From Selaginella moellendorffii (Eukaryota; Plantae; Lycopodiophyta): a DNA stretch of 64,000 nucleotides. Positions 11,322 to 23,425 of the stretch are shown here, in pieces (the first letter of the stretch is position 1; the number at the start of each line of letters is the position of its first letter). A program made the translations under genes and the position numbers. Where the stretch lies: positions 1,088,797 to 1,152,796 of the forward strand of contig NW_003314269.1 of the NCBI RefSeq assembly GCF_000143415.4, written 5' to 3'. Under the pieces are notes generated by a model. It searched no databases, was not told where the DNA came from, and worked only from the letters and a program-made list of their open reading frames with translations.

Positions 11322-11380
11322 AGATCTGCCGCTTTGTCGTGGAAATCCCCAAGGAATCCAGCGCCAAGACGAAAGTGGCC
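11322..11380 (+). repeat. 59-bp diverged duplicate of PPase coding segment 10648-10706
   Basis: agatctgccgctttgtcgtggaaatccccaaggaatccagcgccaagacgaaagtggcc versus agatcttccacttcgtggtggaaatccccaaggagtccagcgccaagatggaagtggcc (about 7 mismatches). Confidence 0.85.
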
Positions 11381-11774
11381 CAGAGCATCCGATTCGAGAG
11401 AATCGGCCACCACCATTTGCGATTTCTCTATGATTTTAGGATTAGTATAGAAAATGGTGAAGAGATACAATCAAGAGGCTAAGATTGAGAAAAAATAACG
11501 GGAATTTTTATTGAAATGCTTTGGTTAGATGTGATCTTTATTCTAGCGTGAGTGCAAGGCTTGGATGAAGCTTTCTAGGCGAATAGAACCATCTTCTCGT
11601 TCTCATTGTGGCAGATATTGGGAGTGAGATAAGGGACCTTCAAGAGTTTGAATGCAACGTGTTCGGGAGGCCAAATGCCTATTAATGTAGCCTCAACTCT
11701 TTCAGTCCGTCAAGAGCCTTAGTTTAGCGAACTGCAAGCTCGGTGACAAAGAGATGTCAAAGATACAAGGACAC

Positions 11775-12833
11775 TTAGCAACCATGTCCATGTCTCTGAA
11801 GGTTGCCCTTGAAAGACTTGACTTTAGTGTAAGTGTAAAGTGAAGTGCCATGAGGTATCTCCATGACACACCACATACCTGGTTGTGCCACTGGATGAAT
11901 TACAGTGAAGTTGTGTAAGGTGTGGCACGCGAGCATTTGGAAGGCGAAATAAACGTCATGGCAGACCACTGCTCGCTTGTTCCAGAGGATGATTTCTAGA
12001 TTGTTGAGCTCTAGAACTTCTTGTGTGGTGGGAGATGCATAGAGGGTGTAGGAGGTTTTGTCGTGGAGTTCTCGCCAGGCATGATCCATGGTTTCCTTTT
12101 GAGTGAACACGCATTGTACACTCCCAGTTGCACAGAAATGGTTGATGTGGTTGACTTGATCGCTCCATGTTTTGGAAACATCCAAGAGAGCGGTGGTGTT
12201 CATTTCCACCCCGTCCTGTAGGAACTTCCGTGGATCATTCTGTATGATTCTCTGGGAACATTGGGGGGAGGGATCACTAATGTGATCCCGGTGTGGAGCG
12301 TGTCACGGAGGGTAAAGTCCACTAGCTTGGACTCTGTGTCGCCGTATGTGCAGCTGTAGAGGCTAGAGACTTCCCCACACGTACTGTGGCGCCACAACTG
12401 GCTGCTCGGGGCCTGTAGGAATTGCACAGGACAGTATGGATCCCTCCAAAGTATTGTTGTCACACGACAACCAGAAGGGATCCTGAGGAGAGGGGTCAGC
12501 AGGAACAGATGCAGCATGAAGGAGCGCATCCTTGCTTGCAGAAGGAGGCGGACCAGCAAGAACAGACGCGGCGGGATCAAGGAGGGCATCCTCGCTTGCA
12601 GCAGGAGGCGGAGCAGTTGCGGCGAGGAGAGCATCATCGATTGGTGGAACAGATGCCGCGAGGAGGAGAGCATGAGGCGGAACAGATGCGGCCAGCAGCA
12701 GAGCATCCTCGCTTGCAGAAGGCGGAACAGATGCGACAAGAAGGAGAGCTTCCTCTTTAGCAACCGATACGGAGAGAAGAAGAGCAGCTACCAGAAAGGA
12801 GGTACCATATTGGATCTGTGTTGAGGTACTCAA
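11775..12833 (-). pseudogene. Divergent secreted BURP-domain protein, frameshifted
   Basis: Signal peptide plus DALL(L)AASVPP repeats, followed by BURP-like motifs spread over different frames: DFTLRDTLHTGITL, PRKFLQ, CATGSVQCVFTQKETMD, VVCHDVYFAFQMLACH, and VVCHGDTSW (11848-11874, another frame). Confidence 0.65.
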
Positions 12834-12997
12834 TAACTAGTTCTTTTATATAATTGTTCTATAGCACAATGTACAAGCGCTCTTTTCTCTTTGCGGGAGC
12901 AACGTACAAGCGCTCCTCCTGGGTACAACACTCTTGGTTTGGTTTGTCCCACGATAAAATTGCAGCGCCCGATTTAGTTTGGAAAGTTCTAAAGTTC

Positions 12998-13033
12998 TGT
13001 GTGTGTGTGTGTGTGTGAGGGTGTGTGGGTGTG
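12998..13033. repeat. (GT)n microsatellite in the divergent promoter between the BURP-like and aminopeptidase genes
   Basis: tgtgtgtgtgtgtgtgtgtg...gtgtgtgggtgtg directly upstream of the ATG at 13034. Confidence 0.9.
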
Positions 13034-16000
13034 ATGAGGTTGCCAAGGATTGTGGTACCTCAAACTTACAATGTCGAGCTTTGGGTGAATCTTGAGTCTT
13101 GTGAGTTCCAAGGCAGGGTGAGGGTCTCCCTCGATGTCACTGCGGTTACCAGCGTGGTACAACTCAACACCGCAGATCTTACCATTGACAGCGTCTCGGC
13201 GAGCTTGCTCGATAGCACGGTATGCGAAAAGAGTAGGGTGTCTTTAAGCTTCGTTTTTCTACCAGGTGCTCCCGATCAAGTCCGTGGAAGAAGACAAGGA
13301 AAACGAGCTTCTACTCGTTGGGTTTGCTGGGGACGATGCTCTCGCGGTGGGAAGCCCGCTGGTGCTAACGATCGACTATCACGGATCACTAAACAAAAGC
13401 CTGAAAGGCTTCTACAAAGGGTTCGCATTCTTCTTTTCAGTTTTTTTTTTCTCATGGAGGAGTTTTTGCCAGTTCTTATGAAGTTAATGGCACCAAAAGA
13501 TACATGGCCGCCACTGACTTCGAGCCCGGCAATGCAAGAAGGTGTTTTCCTTGCTGGGATGAGCCAGACTTTAAGGTAACAACGCAGTGATTGATCGCTC
13601 TCATATCATAATTCTTCCAGGCAACCTTTACGTTTAAAGTTCACGCTCCATCCGATCGCCAGGTGCTCTCTAATATGCCCGTTGTTCACGACACGATCAA
13701 TTGCGACGGCACGAAGACGGTGGAGTTCGAGGAGACCGTGCGTATGTCCACCTACATCATTGCCATTGTCGTCGGGGAATTTGATTACCTGGAGGGGACA
13801 AGCGACGACGGTGAGCAAACATTCTCACTTCCTTTGTGAAAATCTATTCGTGTTCGTATCTCCAGGCGTGCCTGTGCGAGTTTATACAAGGCGGGGCTAC
13901 CAGGAGAAAGGAAGATTTGTGCTCGACATAATTCTCAAGCTGCTACCTTTTTTTGCCGAGTAAGAAATCGTAAGAAACCATCTTGTAGTTTGATCGATTC
14001 TCTTGTTCTTGCAGGTTTTTCCAGCTGCCTTACCCGCTTCCAAAGCTCGACGCTGTTGCAGTCCCAGAGTTTAAGACTGGTGCCTTGGAGAACTTTGGCT
14101 GCGTTGTGTACAGGGAGGAGGCCTTGTACGCCGACGAGAACTCACCAGCTTGGCTGAGACAAAGGGTAAACACTCTCTTTTTTTTTCCCTCTAGAAACAA
14201 ATGAATTGCTTCAGGTTGCTTGCGACACTGCTCACGAGATTGCTCATATGTGGTTTGGCAACATTGTCACACTAGAATGGTGGACTCATCTTTGGCTCAA
14301 CGAGGGAATGGCTACCTGGGTGACTATCGTTTTTTGCTTCTTCTTCCTACTAAACAGTGCGGTCACCTCTTCAGATGAGCTGCTACGCAGTGGACTACTT
14401 GTTTCCGGAATGGGAAATGTGGATGGATTTTCAGGATTGGGCCAGGTCTGACGCCTTCCGGTTTGATAGTCTAGAAAGCACACATCCCGTCGAGGTACTT
14501 CGCATATAAACACACGAACTCTGGAAACCGGAATCCCTTTCTCGTTCAGGTAGAGGTGAGGAACATTAACGTTGACACCCCGATGGACAGCATAAGTTAC
14601 TTCAAAGGTGCATCGCTGTTACACATGCTTCAGTCCTACCTTGGCCACGAAGAACTCAAGGTTGAAAAACGCGTTTGTTTGCAAAATGTAACGTAGTTGT
14701 GCAGGAAGGACTGAGAGCTTATGTGAAAAAGTTTGCTTTTGGCAATGCCACCTCCAGTGATCTATGGAGCGCATTCGAAGAGGTGACTGGCAAGCCCATA
14801 AAGCAGCTTATGCATTGCTGGACAAAGGAAGAAGGCTTCCCCGTTGTGAAAGCGAGTCTCTTGGAAAACACCACCGACGTTCAGCTTGAGCAGGTTCGAT
14901 CAGCAACAGCGTTTTGTTTTTCTTTTGATGTGTGTGTTTGTTCTAACAGGCTCGTTTCATGGCAAATGGCCGAGATGTTCCAGGCAAGTGGATCGTTCCG
15001 GTTTTGATTTGCTCAGGTGTGGGGGAGTCACGCTCGTGCACGAGTCATTTGCTGGTTGAGGAGCGCTCGACCGTGAAGCACGAAGGGTCCTCTGGCTGGA
15101 TCAAGGTGAACGCTGGAGAGACGGGATTCTTTCGAGTACAGTATGACAAGGATATGCTGCGGCTTTTGCGAGAAGCGGTCTCCTCTGGCAGCTTGGAGCC
15201 TGTCGATCGACTAGGTGATGATCGATTTCCTTTTCTGATTTTTCCAACCAAAATCGTTTTGCAGGACTCCTGAAAGACATGCACGCTCTTTGCCGCGCTG
15301 GTAAGGAGGATCCCAGTGAGCTATTTAGTCTGCTCGAATCGTACAGGAATGAAGGCCATCCTCTAGTCATATCGACGTTGGTGGAGGTATGGTTGATGGG
15401 AAAACCCGTAGAAATGATCTCTCAGAGTTATATATTATGCTTTCGTCCAGATTGTGGTTGACGTAACGAGTGCCATCCTCTCCGCGAAACCGGAAGCTTT
15501 TGGAGACGTCAAGCAGCGGCTAGCGTCATTGCTAGAAACTCCAGCAAGGTTTGCTTTTTTTTTTTTCCTTTGGTTCTATTTCAATTCTCGTATAAGTCGA
15601 GCCCGATTTGATCAGGCGCATTGGCTGGGAGGCTACAGAATGCGAGGGACACTTGTTTGCAGCGGTGAGAGGACGCATTTTGGATGCGCTTGTGAGGCTG
15701 GACCATGACGAAACTTGCTCGGAAGCCGAGAGGCGGTTTGACACTCGCTTCGAGACCGCAATCCCTTCTGATCTGACTACGGTTTTCTTTTCTCCATTTA
15801 GCGCGCGCAATCGAGCAAAGCCGCCCGACTGACCTTATTCCATTTCCAGGCAGTTCTCCGGAACGCAGTCAAGGACGTGTCGTCTACAAACCGAGGAAGC
15901 TTTGATGCGCTGATATCGCAGTTCGAAGGCTCCGCATCCATCGCGGAGCGCGTGGAGATCTTAAGTAAGCCAGCCTTTTAACTTCGTGCTCGTGATTGAT

Positions 16001-16600
16001 AGATAAAACATGGTCAGGTTTACTTGCCGGATCTAATGATCCAGCTATGGTACGCGAGGCCCTTGAGTTTACTTTGTCACCGAAGGTTGGTTACTTGGTA
16101 TTACTTCTTTGGAGATTATGATTCATTGATATGTAAGCAGGTTCTAGCCCAGCACATAAATCTTGTTTTCGAGGGAGTGAACGAGCAAGGTTGTCTCACA
16201 GCTTGGTCGTGGCTCAAGGTAGAAAGTGTTGTTACATTTGAGATTAAAAAGAAACAAATTTACTTTTTTTTCTTTCCAGGATAATTGGAACAAGGTTCAC
16301 GAGAAAGCGTGCAGTAATTACGTCATGAAGCGGATTCTCTATTCGGTCACTGCTCATGTAAGAATCGTGTTACGAATGTTTGAAGCTAGACTTGAGCTAA
16401 ACTTCGTTCTTTCTTCCTTTTTTTTTTCCTGTTCTTTTCGGCAGATGTGCAGCAGAGAAATAGCCGAGGAGTTTCGAGATTTCGTGTCTAGTCGTGATGG
16501 CGCATCGGACGTCACGGTTGCTTGCTGGGAGCGCGTTTGCTTGCGCGCTCAGTGGACGCAGTCTCTAGTCGATCTGATCAGCACAGAGCGACTTTCTTGA
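13034..16600 (+). CDS. M1-family (puromycin-sensitive/APM1-like) aminopeptidase, many short introns
   Basis: [89 protein letters not shown] (HExxH-x18-E), [13 protein letters not shown] and [17 protein letters not shown]. Confidence 0.92.
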
Positions 16601-17159
16601 GCTCCAATTCCTTGCTGGTGCCTGTCTTCATGCGCTCCTTGCTACTTTGATGTCTTTGAATTTCGGGTCAAGCCGAAATACTAGAAAAAGTGAAACATAC
16701 CTCTATAGCTGGTGTTTGTCAGTGCCGCTCTTCTGGTAACTTTAGCTACTGATACACTCAGACAGGAATCCCAGCCACTTGGCACGAAATTATATGATAG
16801 ATAGATACGGGTGAGTCAATTTGATGTCCAGTAAGTAAATCTTCTGCCTAGATCTCACCTTTTGCTGCTAGCTTACCTCTGCATCTCTCTTGAGAAGCTC
16901 TCCCTCTTGTGAAGTTCTTTTTTATTCGCACGTCCCAAAGAGCCGACCGAGAAGTCCAATCCAGTCCAACCATTGTCTACAACTTCGTTCCGTTCCACAA
17001 CATCCCAAAACGTGGAAAGTGCTCGTGAATAGCTTTTCCTTTTCGCTCTGCCAGCGCTTTGCTTGCCTTGACACACATGATTGAGACGCGCAACTGGATG
17101 AGAAAAGAGAATGAAGAGTTAAAAACAAAGAAAAAGCCGGGGTAGTACCTGCTGGATCC

Positions 17160-18856
17160 TCAGAAGAGCAGTCTGGAGTTGATCAAAAGCGGGAAGATCG
17201 TCGCGACTGAACATAGAGCCAAGCTCGCCAGTAGCGGCTCCGAGCTACTGGTACTACTCGTCAGGTTTCCAACGGTAGCATTTACCGTGGGTGGTAAGCT
17301 GCAAGAACCAAACGGTCATGAGCACGGCTAAACAACGACGTGCAATATTACCTTGAGGGAAATGAGCATTGTCCACTACCTGAAAGAGCGACAAATTAGA
17401 ACCAAGTTTGTAAGAGCAAAAAAGAAAGCAAAAGAAGATTTGGACATACTTGGATCGTTTGTGGTGACAGTCGCAACTCCGGCAAAATCACAGGTCCCAG
17501 CTGCCATTTTGTTCTTAAGATAATAACTGTTGAAAGCGAAGGATGCATGAGAAAAGACCGAATCCGGGAAGAAACACGCCTGGCCTGGCTGGATGCTGGA
17601 GCAATCCGCACTGCCTTGGCCGCACGCATAGTCCAGTGCCGCCTGGAGGCTGTTGTCGCTTACGCCCTGCTTGGCGACACACCATGTTCTAACTGACGTG
17701 TTTGATCCGGCTCCACCCGAGTCCCTCCCGGTAACGTCCAGACTATACACCGGTGTCTGGTCCGGATAGTAGATCCCATAGTTCTTCTCGGAAGTGGCCC
17801 CCTGCCTCCGGTCCTCGTTGAAGATCTCGTAGATGTAAGCATTCACCGCAATGCCGGGCCTCCTGGGAGTCCCAGTGTTGTTGAGGATGTGCCGGACGAG
17901 GTTGTTGTTGTAAGTTTCCGCATTGTCAACTCCTACCCCGACCTCTGTGACATCACCCCTGGAAGGCCACCCGGTCTCGCTCACGACGATGCCCACATCT
18001 GTGTGGTTTAGCGCCCCCATGGCGCTAAACGCAGCGTCGAGCATCTGGTCGAAGACGTTGGTGTAAGTGAGCTTGGTGATGGTGTCCTGGATGCCAGCGT
18101 TGGGGCGGAGCAAGGCATAGTCGATGGACATCACCTGTCGATTCTGCTGGTATATAGCCAGAGGATAAATATTGAGCATGAAATAAGAACCTGTCTGGGA
18201 GAGGAAATCCAGCAGTGGCAGCACCACCGTCTTGGCATACGTCTGATCGAAGAAGGCCCGGGAGGGAGGGAATGGATCCTGGATGAGGGCGGTGGAGTGT
18301 GGCGTCGAGACTTTGATCTGGCTGTCGATGTTGGCGGCCACCAGCGCGGCGTGGATGTACTTCATGGTGGCGACGAGGATGGAGGCGTAGAGGCTGGCGG
18401 TGCCGTCGGTGAGGACCTCGCTGCCCACTGCGATCCCGGTGATGTTGGTGTTGGGGAGGAACTGCATCACGTTCTTGTTCACCCAGGACGCCGCCTCGGC
18501 GCTCGAGTGACCCACGCTGAGGATCTCCGCGTTTGTGAGCCCGATGATCACCTGGATGCCTGTGCCGGCCAGCGCTGTGAGGATGTCCGGGTCGGCGTCG
18601 AAGATCCGGACCTGGGTGATGCCATTGTTTCGCATGAAATCCACTGCCTGCTGGGGCCTGGGGAGATTGTCGCCCTGGGAGCCGTAGTTCACACCGACGA
18701 ATGCGCCTGTGGCATGGCATTCCATCGATCGATCAATCGATCGAATGGAAAGGAAGAGAGGAATCTAGAGATTGTCTTACCCGAGGACGATGCCGCCGCC
18801 GCCAATAGAGCCAAGGCCGCCGCCAAGAAGGCGCTGCCATGGCCTGGAGCCACCAT
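17160..18856 (-). CDS. Glucan endo-1,3-beta-glucosidase (GH17) with X8/CBM43 domain and probable GPI-anchor signal
   Basis: Signal-peptide exon 18781-18856. GH17 motifs VGVNYG, VRIFDADP, IAVGSEV, VSETGWPSRG and EKNYGIYYPD. X8 WCVAK...LDYACG...C..IQPG. Small 3' exons end in hydrophobic LALCSVATIFPLLINSRLLF-stop. Confidence 0.93.
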
Positions 18857-19534
18857 AGGAGCGATATTACGGGGAGATCGATGGCCGGAGGCAATGAGAG
18901 AGCCGAGAATCCGTAGCGCTTGCGTTGCCTCGCTGGAATGCGGGACCAATGTGTCAGAAGAGCAAAATCCTGGATGATCTCGACAGAGAAGGAGATGCGA
19001 GCGCGCGATTACCTCACGGCGCCGAGCTCCAAGATTTCATCCAGTGTCGCTCGCGAGCCAAGCTAAGCTAGGTAGAAGCAGCGAATGATCGATGAAATGC
19101 ACGGAAGGGATGATTATCTAGCGCCCAAGCTGCGTCGTGTCGGTGTGAGAGACAAGGGATCCATCACAAGGGCGCGCTTCTCCATCGCTTCGCCGCGCGT
19201 ATAAACAAAGCCCCACAAGAGCTCAAAACTTTTACTGTGGCACCGGAATCGAACCGGTCCCCATCTCGGATAAAATCCAACGGTTGGAAAACACAATTAA
19301 AAAGACAGGTAAAAGCATGAAATCGTCTACTCATACAAAGAGAGTGGTACGGTACCACGGAAAAAAGAATGTGCTTTGTATCTTTGGCACAGAACCATGG
19401 TGGGTACTTTGATTCTCCGATTAAAATGATGAATGATCCTCGATCTGATCTTCCAGCAAATAGCAATGTTCCTGTGAAAAATTTCTCTTTTGCCTCTGAT
19501 CCCACGAAACAAAGCAAAGTTACCTCGAGTAGTT

Positions 19535-20450
19535 TCAATCGAATGCGTAAGTCCACTGCTGTGGCATCTCCTCTCCAAACACAAACTTGAGAACTTCCTC
19601 TTGGCTGCTCTCGACTTTGGATCCATCGTAGCCCCTGGAGATTGGTGACGCAAGCGCTGTCTCCAGTGATTCCGCTCGTTTTCTGCGAAGACTTACCAGC
19701 TGCGTCGCGTCCACCACGGACTCGGCAAAATCTGCGCTGCGAGCTTGAGCTTGATCGCTGCTGGTATCATTCACATCTGGAGAACCTCCCCACCAGCGAT
19801 CACAGACAGCATCCAAGTTCTTGAGAGGATAACCGTTCCGAAAGTCGTCCAGAAAGGATGGAATTGGCATCTTCGTTCTATACGTCGCAGTTGTGCTCAG
19901 TCGTAAATTCGCGTGTGTAGTTTGCATCACGTAAGCCTGAGAAGGAACTTGACCACTGCAAAAAAAAAAGAAGTTTACGTTTTTTTTTCTTCAATAAAAG
20001 AAGAGAAAAAGAACTTACTAGTTGCTGGGTTGTGGGTTATACATTTGTTCTTGAGCCTGGAATTGCTTGGCTCTCAAAGCATCTTGTTTGATCTCTTCCA
20101 CGCTTTTTCCACCCATAAACTATAGAACATCCGTTGATCAGCATAGAAAAAATTTATCTAAAAGAGAGAAAGGAAAAATTTCTACGTACCTTTCGATGCG
20201 GCCATCTGGAGAGCCCGTTCTCTCGGCAAATTCGCTTCAGAGTCGCCTGGCAAACACCTGTCACAAGCGGATCGATCGTTCTAAGCTGCTCCAGCTACGA
20301 AAATCTTCACGTACCAAGGATATTGGCGGCCTCCGCGACGGTCATGGAAAAATACTTGGCGACCTCATCGAAATCGAGGGATTCCTCCCAGGCCTGCGGT
20401 GGAACGCCGAGCTTGGACATGTAGCGATTGCTGATGTAGTCCGTTGGCAT
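19535..20450 (-). CDS. RWP-RK domain transcription factor (non-NLP, no PB1), multi-exon; RWP-RK domain not visible in the ORF track
   Basis: Manual splicing gives ...LDFDEVAKYFSMTVAEAANIL / GVCQATLKRICRENGLSRWPHRK / FMGGKSVEEIK... and a last exon with PSFLDDFRNGYP...DRWWG...LVSLRRKRAE...VFGEEMPQQW. Confidence 0.85.
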
Positions 20451-20538
20451 TCGCTCCTCGCGGAGAGGGAAAGAATTAGGGTTCTAAGGGGGAAGAAATG
20501 GTAAAGTAAGGGTCGAGAATCGAACTCGCGACCGATCT

Positions 20539-21519
20539 TTACTTTGTCTCTGTCTCTTCTTCGTGCCACTCTACAGTCAAGGAGCTCTTCCACTCGTCGC
20601 TTCGATCGAGAACTTGCTCGAGCGCTGCCTGGCGGCGACGCACAACGTGGTGGAACGCTGCGATGCTCCTCGCGTCGCCGCTTCGATCGGGGCCTTGATC
20701 GTCGCTGCTATCACTGCTTGTTGGTGGCTCGGATTTGAAGCCAGTGACTGTTCTCGTCAGCGATTTCCACAAGTACTCGAATTGCGAAGCTGGAAAACAG
20801 AGATACGAACGATTCCTATCAGCTTGAGTCGATCAAAAGAAGTTTTCTTTTTTTTTCTATGTCCTTGCCTTCGCTGCGAGTGTCGAAGCTGCGAACCGTG
20901 CAAATCAGCCTCCACGGCCGCCCCACGCGCCCCGACTTGGATCCACCAACGAGCTCTCCATTGTGTTGTCTCAACCTGGAACAAAATCGTCAAAACTTTA
21001 GCGCGATCAATCCATGAACTCGAGCGACAAATGGCCAACTTATCCAAGAGAAAAACAAGCTCAAAGAGAGCTTTTGAGATACCTGCGATGGACATTGCGA
21101 GTAATCCCCACGTAGGTCCTCTTGCAATCGGCGGAGAGGAGGAGATAGGCAGCCCAATCGTCCGAGTCCTCCTCGTAGAGAATTTGATCCGGGACCTTCC
21201 TCATCACGTCGAAATCCGACTGATCCAGCCCGTAGCGCGACAGATCGTCGTTGCTAATCTTCCTACTCAGCGAATGCTGCTGCTGCTGCTGCTGTGCTTG
21301 CTTGCCCTCATCACCGCGAGAGGGCGACACCAATTTGGAGATGGAGAATCGAGACGAAGAACAGCACGGACCGGAGCATCCCTGCCCCAAATTCACCCGC
21401 CGGAAGATCCTGCCACCATTGCTCGCAGCAAGAATCATCCCGCCGCTAGCCGCGTCGGAAGCAGCAGCTCCACAAACATCGCGAAGAACCCTAATCCAAG
21501 CACTTGCATTTTCAAGCAT
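20539..21519 (-). CDS. GIY-YIG endonuclease, SLX1-like, with N-terminal extension
   Basis: WAAYLLLSADCKRTYVGITRNVHRR / LRQHNGELVGGSKSGRVGRPWRLICTVRSF / ...FEYLWK...RRRQAAL across short introns. Confidence 0.87.
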
Positions 21520-21559
21520 TAGCTATTAGCAATATACTGTCACAAACGATCGATCTCCT

Positions 21560-23425
21560 TCACAAGCTCGCCCCATTCCCGTTGGATCGCTGCTGCGTCG
21601 CCGCTGTCTCATCGCTAGCAGCCGCGGCAATCGGGATCTCATCGCCCTCGTCAGTGAAATCATACCTCTCCCCGATCTTCCTCAGCTGCTCGAACACCTC
21701 GAGCATGGATGGGCGATCGTTGGGCGCGTAGAGCACGCACCCACACGCGATCTTGAGCGCCTGGAGCAGCTCCCCATCGTCCGCAGCGCCACCGCTGAGC
21801 GATTTGTCGATGGCGTCGCCGCTCCGCCCACTCGCGTAGAGCGCCCCGACCCATTCCACCAAGCTCCCCTTGAAATCGCCCACCGTCACGTCCAGCGGCT
21901 TCTGGCTCGTTAGCAGCTGGAGCAGCACGACACCAAAGCTGTACACGTCGCCCTTGGCGGTAGTGATGGGCACCCGGCGGTACTCGGGCGCGTCGTGGCC
22001 CGGGTCACCCACCGTGCCGCCGGCGGTAAGGACGTCCGCATTGAGGTGGCCGCCCGCGGGCGCCACGATCCGGGCTAGCCCAAAGTCCGTGATCCTCGCG
22101 TCGAAGTCGTCGTCCAGGAGGATCGTGTGCGTGCTGAGGCTCCGGTGGAGGATCCGCGGGTTGCAGCCGTGGTGGAGGTAAGCCATGCCGCGCGACGCGC
22201 CCAGCGCCACCTTGAGCCGCGCGGGCCAGTCGAGCCGGTCCAGCGTGCCGTGGGCGTCATGCAGCCAGCTCCACAGCGTGCCGTTGGTCATGTGCTTGTA
22301 CAGGAGGAGCCGCTCGCCGCCCGTGACGCAGTACCCGAGTAGCGGTACCAGGTTGGCATGACGGACCAGGCCCAACGCCTCCACCTCGGCCCGAAACTGT
22401 GCGGCGTCGCTGCTACTACCGCGCGGCGCGGGCGCCAGGCGCTTCACCGCCAGTACGGACCCGTCCCGGAGCGTCGCGCGGTACGCCACCCCGGTGGCGG
22501 CGCTTCCGGCGTCGATGACGTTGTCCCGCGAGAAGCTCTCGGTGGCGGCCATGAGATCCGAGAGCTTGATCTTGACAAGGAACTGCTCGAACATGGACAC
22601 GGTGATGCTGCGCGGCGCCTTGATCTTCTTGGCCCAGGTGGTGTCGTCGCGCATCGTCTTGGGCCGGCGGCTCAAGTAGAACGCCACGGCGGTGATTGCG
22701 AGAAGGATCACCGCGCCGCCAACCACAGTCCCGGCAATGATCCCGGCGCTGGCCTTCGACCCGCCGCCGCAGCTCTTGGAGAGCGGCGGACCGCACAGCC
22801 CGGCATTGTCCTGGAACTGGAAATTCGGCGCGGGGCGACTGGCGAGGATGGGCGGGATCTCGCCGCTGAGCTGGTTGCCCTCGAGGTGGAGCTCCGCGAG
22901 GCGCGGAAGAACACCGAGCTGCCCGGGGATGCTGCCAGTGAGGTGGTTCTGCTGCAAATCCAGGGCGTTAAGGTACTGGCACTGGGAGAGCTCGCCGGGG
23001 ATCGATCCGGAGAAGTCGTTGCCCGAGAGGTCGAGGCGGACGAGGAAGGGCAGCGATTTGCAGAGATCCGCGGGGATGGCGCCCGAGAAGGAGTTGCCCG
23101 AGAGATCCAAGCCCGTGAGACTGGAGCATTTGTCGAGACCCCGGGGGAAGGAGCCCGAGAGGCCGGCGGCGCGGAGGGATAGGGAATAAATCTTGGCCTC
23201 GGATGGGTGGAGGCACTGGACGCCCACAGCGTTGCAAATGGAGCTGCTGGAGCTGCTGTTGGCGGACCAGGAGCTCAGGTAGCCCGATTGATCGATGACC
23301 GAGAGGCGGAACTCGCTGAGGCACTCCAAGTCGGTCTGGCAGTGGATGAAACCCACAAGAACGAGGAGCAGTGGCAGTAGGAGCGGCGGCGGCCACAATC
23401 TTAGCAGCGGCGGTAAGAGATCCAT
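21560..23425 (-). CDS. LRR receptor-like kinase, LRR-X BIR-like, probable pseudokinase, intronless
   Basis: Signal peptide, LRRNT (DLECLSEFR...C...GVQC), about 5 LRRs, GLCGPPLSKSC, TM, VSMFEQFLVKIKLSDLMAATESFS. Kinase domain has HRD replaced by HRS and a degenerate G-loop. Confidence 0.92.
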   Translation of the reverse strand: MDLLPPLLRLWPPPLLLPLLLVLVGFIHCQTDLECLSEFRLSVIDQSGYLSSWSANSSSSSSICNAVGVQCLHPSEAKIYSLSLRAAGLSGSFPRGLDKCSSLTGLDLSGNSFSGAIPADLCKSLPFLVRLDLSGNDFSGSIPGELSQCQYLNALDLQQNHLTGSIPGQLGVLPRLAELHLEGNQLSGEIPPILASRPAPNFQFQDNAGLCGPPLSKSCGGGSKASAGIIAGTVVGGAVILLAITAVAFYLSRRPKTMRDDTTWAKKIKAPRSITVSMFEQFLVKIKLSDLMAATESFSRDNVIDAGSAATGVAYRATLRDGSVLAVKRLAPAPRGSSSDAAQFRAEVEALGLVRHANLVPLLGYCVTGGERLLLYKHMTNGTLWSWLHDAHGTLDRLDWPARLKVALGASRGMAYLHHGCNPRILHRSLSTHTILLDDDFDARITDFGLARIVAPAGGHLNADVLTAGGTVGDPGHDAPEYRRVPITTAKGDVYSFGVVLLQLLTSQKPLDVTVGDFKGSLVEWVGALYASGRSGDAIDKSLSGGAADDGELLQALKIACGCVLYAPNDRPSMLEVFEQLRKIGERYDFTDEGDEIPIAAAASDETAATQQRSNGNGASL

